Shown here in pieces: positions 9,021-18,935 of a stretch of 64,000 bases of DNA. Under the pieces are notes generated by a model. It did not search any database and had not been told where the DNA came from. It saw only the letters and a list, made by a program, of their open reading frames with translations. The DNA is from Opitutales bacterium (GTDB lineage: Bacteria > Verrucomicrobiota > Verrucomicrobiia > Opitutales > PNEW01), in NCBI GenBank assembly GCA_965197745.1, contig CBDANS010000006.1:736001-800000 (forward strand). Reading direction: 5' to 3'. Position 1 is the stretch's first letter; each line of letters opens with the position of its first letter. The translations under genes and the position numbers were made by a program.

Positions 9021-11186
9021 TTACTCAATCGTTACCTCTTCAGTCGTCACCGTGACCTCTGCATCATCCTCGTTGACGAAGGCAGCATTGATGCTCTGTG
9101 TCGGCTGAAGTTCTCCATCCGACTTAACATTGTTCTGAGAAATTAGAAAATCAAAACCGGGACTCATTGAGTCGCCAAGGGCAACAACAATAGAGGCACC
9201 ATTATTCTGTTGAAGATCACCTCCCGCAATTCTCAAGCCAGAGTTCGGCGCTTCCGCGGTGAAAGAATCTTCTCCAAACAATAGATAGGGAACTGCATCA
9301 TTGCCGGCTTCGATATCACCTATTAATACGCGAACAGAAACGGGAATGCCAGGCGCCTTCAGTCCGACGTCTCCTGATGATGCACTAAAGTGTGTATACG
9401 CACATAGGATTCCACCAAAACCTGTTGAATTTGTAATTTCTAATAGTGTTATGTCCGCTACCGCGTCGTAGCTCTCACCAACAGGGAATAAATCCTGGTT
9501 TACGGCATTAATTCTGCCCACGGTAAAAATGCTCAGGTAGGTACTCTCATCCGCATCCTCCACTTTTATATTGGCACTCCCTTTTACATAATTGATCTCT
9601 TGATTGTATTTCTTTGGTCGGTCAGGAAGCTCAAAAGAACTCGGATCTATATTGATAGTAAGCCTTCCCGCTCCAAAAAATTCAACTTGGGCAATATCAT
9701 CATCTTCGTCGATAAAAGATACCCTTGATATTTGCACCGGGTCAGCAATCACTTCCACACTTTGCCCCGTCAATAAAACCTGGTCAAAGACATTGCCATT
9801 GGGATGCTCAATATTTGATCCAACTTGTGATCCGTTTCCTTGCAATAGAACATTTTTGTCGGAGTCCGGGTCATCGGAATCAGCGATGCCGTCACCATCC
9901 GAGTCTGTCTCACGGATATCACTTATTCCGTTTCCATCGTCATCGTCGTCTTCAACATCAGGAATACCATCGTTGTCGCCGTCGCTTTCTTCATCATCGG
10001 GAATTTCATCGATGTCTGAATCCACATACTCCACATACGCGAACTCACCGTCCAGCCAAATTAAAGCTGCATATTCATTGTCTCCAATGGTGAGGTTAAA
10101 TGATACAGGATTATCCGTCTCAGATAGATCGACTCCCTCTGCCACCACCACAAATTCGAATGACCCATCATCTCGTTCTATCAATTCAAAAATAATTCCG
10201 GCATCATATAGTTCTCCCTCAAATGCGAAATACCCAGGTTCAAACTCTGTAAATGCCCCCGCGGGAATCTCAATAACCGAGGTCCCGAATGCGACCCTCA
10301 CCCCTTCATGAATCAGATTAATCCCGTCATTTGTTGTTCTCAGTGTAATTTTACCACTGATCCCGTATGCATCATCAATAGAGAGGAGCGATTCATATCT
10401 AATCTCTATTCCCGTGATGGTGAATATCGATTCTGGAAATTCGTCATCCTCATCAATGTCACTTTCTTCCTCAAAGTCGTGGTCATATTCATCAAAATCG
10501 CCTTTTTCCTCAAAGTCATCTTCGTCTTCGTGAAAATCCTCCTCGTCCTCAAAATCGTCTTCCTCTCCCACGAAGTCGCCTTCTTCATCAAAGTCGTCGT
10601 CCCCTTTAAAATCATCATTGTCGCTTAACTCAAAATTCAGCTCATCATTCATTCGAATCGATATTTCTCCCTCATCATTGCCTATCCTGAACGCAATTGA
10701 TAATGGATTGAATGTACCTGTCAGATCGACACCCCCGGCTTCTACTTCAATTATGAAAGTTCCATCATCTCTTTCTATTATTTCAAAAAAAACTTTGGCG
10801 CCATTCACTTCTCCCTCAAAAGCGAAATATCCAGGTTCCAACTCTATAAATGCACCTGGGGGAATCTCAATAACCGAGGTCCCGACGGCAAGCCTCACCT
10901 CTTCATTTACCGGGTCAATTCCTTCACTTGTTATATTAACGGAAAGTTCGCCTCTGATCCCGTATGTATCATTTATGACAGGAAATGATTCATATATAAT
11001 TTCAACTCTCGTAATAATGAAATCCAGAAAAGGATCTCCCCTTACAAGCAAGGGTGTTATTAAACACAATACGGTTAACAACAATTGACGCATAAACAGA
11101 GATTCAGCCAATAACTTCCAGTGAAAGAAGCAGGTTGGCTGAGCGTGTAAATTCGATACTGATTTTTTTTTAATCATAGCTTTCAT
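9021..11186 (-). CDS. Secreted acidic protein: duplicated ~130-aa beta domain, D/E-rich tract, DxDGDG Ca-binding (TSP3-like) repeats, shared C-terminal domain
   Basis: Two copies of GTSVIEIPxGAFxExEPGYFAFEGE; DDFEEE repeats; SDGDNDGIPD; HPNGNVFDQVLLTG...EEVTIE; true start may be MRQLLL. Confidence 0.82.
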   Translation of the reverse strand: MKAMIKKKSVSNLHAQPTCFFHWKLLAESLFMRQLLLTVLCLITPLLVRGDPFLDFIITRVEIIYESFPVINDTYGIRGELSVNITSEGIDPVNEEVRLAVGTSVIEIPPGAFIELEPGYFAFEGEVNGAKVFFEIIERDDGTFIIEVEAGGVDLTGTFNPLSIAFRIGNDEGEISIRMNDELNFELSDNDDFKGDDDFDEEGDFVGEEDDFEDEEDFHEDEDDFEEKGDFDEYDHDFEEESDIDEDDEFPESIFTITGIEIRYESLLSIDDAYGISGKITLRTTNDGINLIHEGVRVAFGTSVIEIPAGAFTEFEPGYFAFEGELYDAGIIFELIERDDGSFEFVVVAEGVDLSETDNPVSFNLTIGDNEYAALIWLDGEFAYVEYVDSDIDEIPDDEESDGDNDGIPDVEDDDDDGNGISDIRETDSDGDGIADSDDPDSDKNVLLQGNGSQVGSNIEHPNGNVFDQVLLTGQSVEVIADPVQISRVSFIDEDDDIAQVEFFGAGRLTINIDPSSFELPDRPKKYNQEINYVKGSANIKVEDADESTYLSIFTVGRINAVNQDLFPVGESYDAVADITLLEITNSTGFGGILCAYTHFSASSGDVGLKAPGIPVSVRVLIGDIEAGNDAVPYLLFGEDSFTAEAPNSGLRIAGGDLQQNNGASIVVALGDSMSPGFDFLISQNNVKSDGELQPTQSINAAFVNEDDAEVTVTTEEVTIE

Positions 11187-11581
11187 TTTATTTCCTCCTC
11201 AGCAGGAAAAGGTTAATGGACCCTACCTTCCTTGTTCCGGGTTCCTATAATACAACAAATTATAAGAGAATACCCAGTTGTGATATTTGATTAATCCCAA
11301 TTAATCAGCAGGTAGTAGGAAATCAATTAAGGTATAATAATGAATCAGTTTTGAAACTCAATTCTATTAATTATCTAGGTTATAGATTTATATATTTTTA
11401 ACAAGGTAGAGTAATTAAAACTTCTTTAATTCCGAAGATGCAGTCAGCCTCATTAATTTTTTTATTAATCGCTAATCTCATAATTGCGGTAACGGATGTA
11501 TTGGGATACGCGAATGGTCAAACGAGATGAGACTTCATCATCAGCGCTTCAGCGCGTATTAGGTGTTAAGAATAGAAGGTT

Positions 11582-11606
11582 CCCTTCGACTACGCTCAGG
11601 GCAGGC
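11582..11606. repeat. REP-like motif CCCTTCGACTACGCTCAGGGCAGG
   Basis: Short palindromic intergenic motif; related to TTCGACTTCGCTCATGGCGGG just after tRNA-Lys. Confidence 0.5.
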
Positions 11607-11757
11607 AGGGTTCAGCGGTTAAGAGAATGATTAATCTGATAGGATCAATCAGTAATCGTAATCAATCCGCATTCCTCAATCCGACATCCGCAATTGATTC
11701 ACTCTATCGTTACTTCTATCGCAGTGATAGTTGAGAACCAAATCTTCATAGTATTAT

Positions 11758-14208
11758 TTAAGTCGGTTTTCCCTGAGAGACAGCAGTACTCTCTTCCAAA
11801 CTACCTATTTCATTATGGTAGGCTACAGCTGTAGCGCCAACAACAGTCGAGAAAAACAACATACCCATGAATATCAAAAATGAAATAAGTGCGTATCCAA
11901 ATGATGCTGGAATAATCCTGGTGGGTTCGCGAACTGACACATAAAATATAACAGACATCATTAATAATGGAAACCAGAAGGCATACATATAAGAGAAAAC
12001 CAAAAACGCAGAAGCAAAACGATGTTTAATCGCTTCTTTACTTAGACGGAAAGCAGCAAAAATCTTGATATCGCTTTCAGCAACTAAGTTTAAGGCATGC
12101 AAATGTTGCCTTTCTATTAAAGCGAATAATACAAATAAACCTAAAATGAATAATGCCCATATGCTAACAGCGATAATCTTATATCCATCTAGAATTAATT
12201 CTAAGTACTGTAATAGAAACTTACCAATAGCACTATAGCCACCGGAAATAACTGAAGTCACCATAACGATACAAAAACCGGCACCAAAAAGTGGGAAGCA
12301 TTTCTTTAGATACATATAAATATCCGTTCCCTTAACCTTTTCTCCTCGTATCGCCTTTAAATACATTCCTTCTAATCCAGTAACAAGAGTTGGGAATAAA
12401 AATGAAAGCATCATTAAAAATAATATTAATGATACTACTACAATGGGTATAATACTTCTAAACCAAAGCTCTCTTGATAATAATAAAAATAAACCCAATA
12501 TTACAACTAAGTGAAAACCTCCGAAAAAAAATGCCAAGAAATGAGATTTTGTAAGCTGCCAGCTTTCACTAAAATATTTACGAATAGTATTTTCTCGAAC
12601 AATGATGACTATCATAATAAGCAGTATGATTCCTATGAATCCGACTGCTACCTGGCCCATGGCATATATTAAACCAAGGGTGGATTGGGCCTGGGTCATT
12701 ACCTGGTCGGCTGCTTTGCGGTACCAATTGACGGCTTCGAAAAAATTTTGCTCAACTCCTCGGCCCTTGGTATACATTGACCCAAGGTTGTTTTGGGCTT
12801 TAGCATGCCCTTGTTCTGCTGCTTTGAGATACCATTTTATGGCTTCGACATAATCCTGAGGTGCCCCTCGGTCACTCTTATACATCAACCCAAGATTATT
12901 TTGGGCCTGGGCCAATCCCTGGTCGGCCGCCTTACGATACCATTTAACCGCTCCCGCATAATCCTGCTCTACCCCTTCGCCATTCTGATACATCGCCCCA
13001 AGTTTGTATTGGGCCTCGACCATTCCCTGATCGGCCGCCTTGCGAGTCCATTTACCCGCTTCGACATAATCCTGCTCTACCCCTTGGCCATTCTGATACA
13101 TCCACCCAAGATTATTTTGGGCCTGGGCCAATCCCTGGTCGGCCGCTTGGCGATACCAATTAAAGGCTTCGACATAATCCTGCTCTACCCCTTCACCATT
13201 CTGATACATCTCCCCAAGGTTGGATTGGGCTTGGGCATGCCCTTGTTCTGCTGCTTTGAGATACCATTTTATGGCTTCGACATAATCCTGAGGTGCCCCT
13301 CGGCCACTCTGATACATCCACCCAAGATTATTTTGGGCCTGGGCCAATCCCTGGTCGGCCGCTTGGCAATACCAATTAAAGGCTTCGACAAAATCCTGTT
13401 CTACCCCTTCGCCCTTGGCATACTTTGACCCAAGGTTGGTTTGGGCAAGAGCGTGTCCCTGTTCTGCTGCTTTGCGGTACCATTTTACGGCTTCCATATA
13501 ATCCTGCTCTACCCCTTCGCCGTTGGCATACACCACCCCGAGGTTGGTTTGGGCTTGGGCATGCCCTTGTTCTGCTGCTTTGCGGTACCATTTTGTGGCT
13601 TCCATATAATCCTGCTCTACCCCTTCGCCGTTGGCATACATCACCCCAAGGTTGGTTTGGGCCTGGGCCAATCCCTAGTCGGCCGCCTTACGATACCATT
13701 TAATCGCTCCAGCATAATCCTGCTCTACCCCTTCGCCATTCTGATACATCGCCCCAAGGTTGGTTTGCGCTTTGGCATGCCTTTGTTCTGCTGCTTTGAG
13801 ATACCATTTTATGGCTTCGACATAATCCTGAGGTGCCCCTCGGCCACTCCGATACATCAACCCAAGGTTGGATTGGGCCTGGGCCAATCCCAGTTCGGCC
13901 GCCTTACGATACCATTTAACCGCTCCAGCATAATCCTGCTCTACCCCTTCGCCCTTGGCATACTTTGACCCAAGGTTGGTTTGGGCAAGAGCGTATCCCT
14001 GTTCGGCTGCTTTGCGGTACCATTTTACGGCTTCCACATAATCCTGAGTTACCCCTCGGCCTTTGTCATACATCATCCCAAGGTTGTTTTGGGCTTCAGC
14101 ATCGCCTTTTTCGGCGCGTGCTTTTAAATCTGATAACTCGGTATTCTCTGCTTCCAGCGCAGTGCCGAGTAGAAATAGGATAGCGAAAATTGATAGCCAA
14201 TGCTTCAC
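11758..14208 (-). pseudogene. Sel1-repeat protein fused to a multi-TM C-terminal domain, interrupted by an in-frame TAG at 13675-13677
   Basis: About 13 36-aa repeats AQxNLGxMYxxGxGVEQDYxEAxKWYRKAAxQG; two track ORFs in the same frame separated by AAD*GLAQ where other repeats have CAG. Confidence 0.85.
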
Positions 14209-14216
14209 TGTAGTAA

Positions 14217-14335
14217 TTAAGTTGGATTTCCCTAAGAGACAGCAGTCCTCTCTTCCAAACTACCTATTTCGTGTTGGTAGGCTACAGCCGTTGCGCCAGC
14301 AACTGTCAAGAAAAACAACATACTCATGAATATAA
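14217..14335 (-). pseudogene. Remnant copy of the 3' end of the Sel1-membrane gene
   Basis: DNA similar to 11758-11875; reads MSMLFFLTVAGATAVAYQHEIGSLEERTAVS*GNPT*. Confidence 0.8.
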
Positions 14336-14426
14336 ATAATACGGATACAATATTTCTTAAGTGTATCTTACCCTCCCCCTTAACATTGACTTATGTTTTA
14401 CTTACAATGGTTGTTTTTTTAATAAC

Positions 14427-16331
14427 TTATGGCGTAGGACGAAAGCGAAAAGAATAGAGGTCGGCGTCTTTGCAAACAAAACGTAAACGGACGGGTTGTC
14501 CCGACAGTTTGCCAAGACTGGAAGAATCCAACCAGTTTACCTTGCGCTCGATGGAGTCGCCGAATACAGGGTGACAATCCGCCAAAGTAAATCCTTCTAT
14601 CGGCTTGCCCGATGCACCCTGGATTTCTACCTGGACACCACCAGCGGCGGAGCTCGAGAAATTAATGACCATCTCGTCGCCATCGAAAACAAGCGGCTTG
14701 GTGACCAGTTCACCGCCGCTGAGAGGCGCATTGATCGAAACGAACCCGTCGATGCGCATAGTATAGCGGCGAAGATGACTGCTCGTACCAGTCCAATAGC
14801 CTTCCGTGGCATAGAGAGACAACTCGTTCGGAGCGTCTTCAAATTTCGACTTTGTTTCAACCAAATGCCAGGCAATGTACTGGTTACCGTAGGCCCAACT
14901 GTGTTTTCGCTCGATTCCCGGTCGCAGAAACGCTTCATCCCATCGTTTGAAAGTCTGTCCGTCTCGACTGGTCATGAAAAGGGCTTCGGTAACAGCGGCG
15001 CCGAATCGGGGCTCCAGCTTATCATGGCCTTCGTGAACAATAAGCTCTAGATCAGAACCGGCTCGTTGAAGGCGCTCGGATAATTCCGGCAGCGCACTTG
15101 TTGAATCCGTCCATCCGCGGTTGATATAGCGGGTAGGGAAGCCGATAAGAATATGAGGCGCTCGGTAGTACGGTTTGATCTGGTTGGTGTAAAGATGATC
15201 GGGCCGCGCGCCTGGGTACTTTAGACGAACGGGATCGACCCAGTTTATAAAGTCACTCGAGGTCATCGTCATTATGTCGCGGCGGTCATCCGGCCAGGAA
15301 CGAAAGTAGAGACGGTAAAGACCATTAGCAGAATCCCAAAAAGCCAGGTTTTGCGAATCGAAATAAATACTTTTTACGGTCGGTTCAAAGATCTTCATTT
15401 CGCTTTCTGAAATGATCTTTTTGTCACTCATTGCTGTCCAATGAATGCCGTCAGCCGACTTAAAAACCCTTAATCCTTCGAAATCACCGGACACGCGGAT
15501 GGCTTTGTAACGTGCATCCGGTGGGGCTTCCGGGTTTGTGTCTTTAAACACCGCGACATGTCCTGCGTCGACAGCATTGAGAAATATCGGACCAAACACG
15601 GCTCTGTCAGAATCACTCGAACCTTCATCGACCGGAGTGACGGGGGAAGCCGCTACGGTGATGACCGAGGTATCACTGTTAATATAAACTCCGGCTTTTG
15701 TTGTTATCTGGACCCAGAAGTTTGTGCTCTCATTGAGAGGGCCGGTATTCAGTGTGTTGCTGGTTGCTCCTGCGATGGGGTTAGAAGTGTCACCAGGTTT
15801 GCCGATATACCATTGATATTTCAGACCGTCACCTTTTACGACAATGGAAATAACTACCGCGGTACCGGACTGCACTTCCCAGTCGGTCTGGTTGTCGGCC
15901 CACATGATATTGTTTTTCTTTGATCCGTTGAACTCAATGAGACCCAATTCGGGTTTGCGCCAGTGAATACCGTCGTCACTTTCCGCGTAACACAAGAATA
16001 GCGGGTGCGTCCAGTCGAGCATACCTTCGGTGGTAGTATACTGGCTCGCCTTGTAGTACAAACGAAAGAGATCACCGTCTTTAAAGATGCTGTGATAGTT
16101 CGTGGCATTGCCTTCCCAAGGTTCATCGTGCACAATTACCACATCCTGCGGAGTGGGATGGTGTAAAATCATTCGGGCTTCACTGGACAACTCGTCGACT
16201 AAATAATCATCGACAAACAACTCCCAACGCGAACCAATGTCGATCGGCTCCTGAGAATGGTTGGAAATGTCAGCACAAGCGAGAATGAGTACTGTTGATA
16301 ATAAAATATATACTTTTGATAATAATTTCAT
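14427..16331 (-). CDS. Beta-propeller glycosidase-like protein (GH32/43/130-like fold), paralog 1, with inserted Ig module; probable lipoprotein
   Basis: ELFVDD, YAESDDGIHWRKP, SADGIHW, FDSQN, SRDGQTF Asp-box-like motifs, RIDGFVS; ILAC lipobox. Confidence 0.75.
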   Translation of the reverse strand: MKLLSKVYILLSTVLILACADISNHSQEPIDIGSRWELFVDDYLVDELSSEARMILHHPTPQDVVIVHDEPWEGNATNYHSIFKDGDLFRLYYKASQYTTTEGMLDWTHPLFLCYAESDDGIHWRKPELGLIEFNGSKKNNIMWADNQTDWEVQSGTAVVISIVVKGDGLKYQWYIGKPGDTSNPIAGATSNTLNTGPLNESTNFWVQITTKAGVYINSDTSVITVAASPVTPVDEGSSDSDRAVFGPIFLNAVDAGHVAVFKDTNPEAPPDARYKAIRVSGDFEGLRVFKSADGIHWTAMSDKKIISESEMKIFEPTVKSIYFDSQNLAFWDSANGLYRLYFRSWPDDRRDIMTMTSSDFINWVDPVRLKYPGARPDHLYTNQIKPYYRAPHILIGFPTRYINRGWTDSTSALPELSERLQRAGSDLELIVHEGHDKLEPRFGAAVTEALFMTSRDGQTFKRWDEAFLRPGIERKHSWAYGNQYIAWHLVETKSKFEDAPNELSLYATEGYWTGTSSHLRRYTMRIDGFVSINAPLSGGELVTKPLVFDGDEMVINFSSSAAGGVQVEIQGASGKPIEGFTLADCHPVFGDSIERKVNWLDSSSLGKLSGQPVRLRFVCKDADLYSFRFRPTP

Positions 16332-16559
16332 AGCGGAGATTTTCGGTTACAGATTGTGTATTTGCGATTGTAATGAATAGCACAGGTAGATAATGCACTA
16401 CCTGAGTGCAGTCAACCCTACCAAAACATCAAGAGAGAGAGCAAAAGAAAACATGGGAATTGTCATCTTTTTCTTTTCATTGAGGTTATCTGTTTATTCC
16501 GATAACCACTCTCTGTAAATGATACGATTTTTGGGGGTCACTCCAATCAGTTACCAATC

Positions 16560-17531
16560 TTGACAACATTATCCCCATACGCAATTTACAGAACTTTAAA
16601 ATCACTTGTTATGCGTGAGGACCAAATGAGAGAAGACAAGATGACAGTCCGTGCCATCAATACCTATCCATTCGAGACGGAATGGCTGCTCGGGGAAATC
16701 AGGTGTGACGTCCCGAAGCCGACTGGCGAGTACAAGCCTGGCGTCGTATACCTGGCACACAAAGGGGAGCCTAAGCCACCCCACAAACCAGGGTACGATT
16801 TGCTGCCTGATGTACCCCGTCAAGCGTTGCTGATGCCGGAGTGGCTAAAAAAAGCGAATTGTAGCGACGGCATCTTCTGGTCACCGTGTCACGCCAATTC
16901 ACTGTCCCTGCTGGACCAGGACACCGTGGTATTCAAAGTTGCAGCCGATCAGACTCGCAACTGGAATCTGTCCGTTGAGTTCCGATATAGACCGGGACCT
17001 GACTGGATCGATTTTGAAATGCGGCTAATGCCAAATACAGCACACGAGGACTTTGATTTCTTTTTTGCATCGTATATCATTGAAGACATGGAAAGCACAT
17101 GGGTCCCTGCGCTCACTGATGGCTATGAGGAGTGGCGGAAGCTTGACAACCGAAAGACAAAGCCGTGGGGCAGAATGTACGGTGTTCCTCGCGATGAAAC
17201 ATACCGACAGCAGATATTCGATGGTCGTTATGGAGAGATGAAAGACAGTTCTGGAATAGAAGACTACTGCTATTCCAGGCCCATTATCGCATGCCACAAG
17301 GAAAAGACGGGACTCGCCTGTGTCACGCTGGTGGAACCCGAAAAGAATAGAATACTGTGCGGCCAGAAACATCAGTACGAGACCGCACACGACTTCACTT
17401 TCAGCGGCGACCTTGTGCCCGGCGAACTGTTCACCGGTAAAGCACGACTTGTAGTAAGAAACATAGGATCCTTTTCGGACGCTGTTACGGAGATCGACAG
17501 GATGTGGGATGAGTTTCGGGGAACTCTATAA
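16560..17531 (+). CDS. Hypothetical protein (start uncertain, 16560-16647)
   Basis: 323-aa ORF with no recognised motif; its stop lies in the R' end of the adjacent attC. Confidence 0.7.
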   Translation: MTTLSPYAIYRTLKSLVMREDQMREDKMTVRAINTYPFETEWLLGEIRCDVPKPTGEYKPGVVYLAHKGEPKPPHKPGYDLLPDVPRQALLMPEWLKKANCSDGIFWSPCHANSLSLLDQDTVVFKVAADQTRNWNLSVEFRYRPGPDWIDFEMRLMPNTAHEDFDFFFASYIIEDMESTWVPALTDGYEEWRKLDNRKTKPWGRMYGVPRDETYRQQIFDGRYGEMKDSSGIEDYCYSRPIIACHKEKTGLACVTLVEPEKNRILCGQKHQYETAHDFTFSGDLVPGELFTGKARLVVRNIGSFSDAVTEIDRMWDEFRGTL

Positions 17532-17582
17532 TGATAAAAGTGAGGCACGCCGTTAGGCGTTGCCTCCACTGTCTGGTTGAGA
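17526..17582 (-). other. attC site of the four-helix-bundle cassette with mutated R'
   Basis: - strand TCTCAAC-cagac-AGTGGAGG...CCTCACT-tttatc-ATTATAG (GTT mutated to ATT); extra base in L''. Confidence 0.65.
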
Positions 17583-17990
17583 TTTTGTTTCATCGGGATC
17601 GATCTCATTGGTTCTATAAATTGCGCGCTCATCTTCAACAGAATAGCCCCGTCCGCCCAGTCGACTTAGCATCGCAGCCATCCGGTCCAACTCGCTCTTT
17701 CGCCTCTGGCTCGTCTTTTCTTCCAAGGCCTTTCCGACCACCAAAACATCCTGAATCGCGGCACACTCCAAAGCAGAGCCCCGCGCGATCTCAAAATACC
17801 TTCTTCGGTCCGGTTCAGATGTTTTTCCATTGCCTTCCGCAATGTTCAGAGGAATCGACTGGCTTGCCCGTAGCCACTGGTCGCGGGCGTGACGATGAAC
17901 GCCATTCAACCTTTCGGACGCTTCATAAACCCAAGCGACATAGTCGATGGAAAGACCGTAAACATCCAGTTTCTCGTGTCCCAATGTCAT
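17553..17990 (-). CDS. Four-helix-bundle protein (23S rRNA IVP-like family), cassette ORF
   Basis: HEKLDVY, DQWLRASQSIPLNIAEGNG, YFEIARGSALECAA; hexamer repeats just upstream. Confidence 0.92.
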   Translation of the reverse strand: MTLGHEKLDVYGLSIDYVAWVYEASERLNGVHRHARDQWLRASQSIPLNIAEGNGKTSEPDRRRYFEIARGSALECAAIQDVLVVGKALEEKTSQRRKSELDRMAAMLSRLGGRGYSVEDERAIYRTNEIDPDETKSQPDSGGNA

Positions 17991-18152
17991 CTTACTTCGA
18001 TACCGATAACGATCCCAATTTCGATTTGGATTGTTTTACTCACAACAAGTAATTATAAAGTTCTGAATAATTCGCGTATCGGGATAATGTTACAAAGGTT
18101 GACAACTGAGAGCAAAATAAAAAGAGCGTGGCGACTTTTGACTATGTTAGCC

Positions 18153-18213
18153 TATTAACAAGGCACTCCAGCGGACGCGCAAAGACGCGCTCCACTGCGC
18201 TTTGCCGTTAGGC
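18153..18213 (+). other. attC site (ORF-less cassette)
   Basis: TATTAAC-aaggc-ACTCCAGCGGACGCGC...GCGCTCCACTGCGC-tttgcc-GTTAGGC, immediately after GTTAGCC at 18146-18152. Confidence 0.8.
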
Positions 18214-18224
18214 GAAAATAGAAG

Positions 18225-18896
18225 ATGAACATACTCTACGACCTAGACGGAACGATAAGCGATCCACTTGAGGGCATTGCAAAATGCCTGAACTACGCAC
18301 TCTCGAAGCTTGGCCATAGAGAAAGAGAATTAGAGAGCCTATCGAAGTACATCGGTCCGTCTCTGAAGATCGCATTAAGCGAACTCCTCGGAACAAAAGA
18401 CGACGACAGACTGAACGAAGTGATCCAGCTTTTCCGCGAAAGATACATTCCTATCGGTTTCAAGGAAAACAAGCTTTACCCCGGCATCGCACAGCTTCTT
18501 TCGGACGTAGCAGGCGTACAGCACCGACAATTCATAGCCACATCCAAAAGGGCAGACATCGCTGAAAGCGTCGTGAGCAACTTCCAACTCAATCGATACT
18601 TCGAAAGAGTTTACGGATCTGATGTAGGACGATCGAAAACAGGTTTAGTCGAAGAGATTTTGATTAGGGAAGGTCTCGAAAAATCTGAGACCGTGATGAT
18701 TGGAGATCGGTCTTTTGACATCGTAGCTGGCAACGAAAATGGAATACAAACAATAGGAGTTCTTTGGGGATACGGGAGTCGGGGGGAACTGGAAGCAGCA
18801 GGGGCTAACTCCATAGTCAGCACAGTCGATGAACTGAAACAAACAATCATGCCTAACAAAACGCCGCAGACAACGGCGACAAGTCGCCGCGTCTGA
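18225..18896 (+). CDS. HAD-family phosphatase (cassette ORF)
   Basis: DLDGT motif I, ATSK, MIGDRSFDI, GVLWGYG. Confidence 0.92.
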   Translation: MNILYDLDGTISDPLEGIAKCLNYALSKLGHRERELESLSKYIGPSLKIALSELLGTKDDDRLNEVIQLFRERYIPIGFKENKLYPGIAQLLSDVAGVQHRQFIATSKRADIAESVVSNFQLNRYFERVYGSDVGRSKTGLVEEILIREGLEKSETVMIGDRSFDIVAGNENGIQTIGVLWGYGSRGELEAAGANSIVSTVDELKQTIMPNKTPQTTATSRRV

Positions 18897-18910
18897 GCTT
18901 GGCGTTATGT
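18851..18910 (+). other. attC site
   Basis: GCCTAAC...GTTATGT; R'' is the exact complement of the cassette-opening GTTAGGC. Confidence 0.9.
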
Positions 18911-18935
18911 GTCTCTATAGTAAGGAAATAGCACG

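Noticed and set aside
13675..13677. Pyrrolysine or amber recoding
   Set aside because: No pyl genes seen, the equivalent position is Gln in sister repeats, and TAG ends many normal genes here
12793..13968. Long + strand ORFs over the Sel1 gene
   Set aside because: Antisense shadows of repetitive coding DNA
12650..14100. Regular ~108-bp repeats as a CRISPR array
   Set aside because: They are in-frame Sel1 coding repeats with no unique spacers, and no cas genes are present
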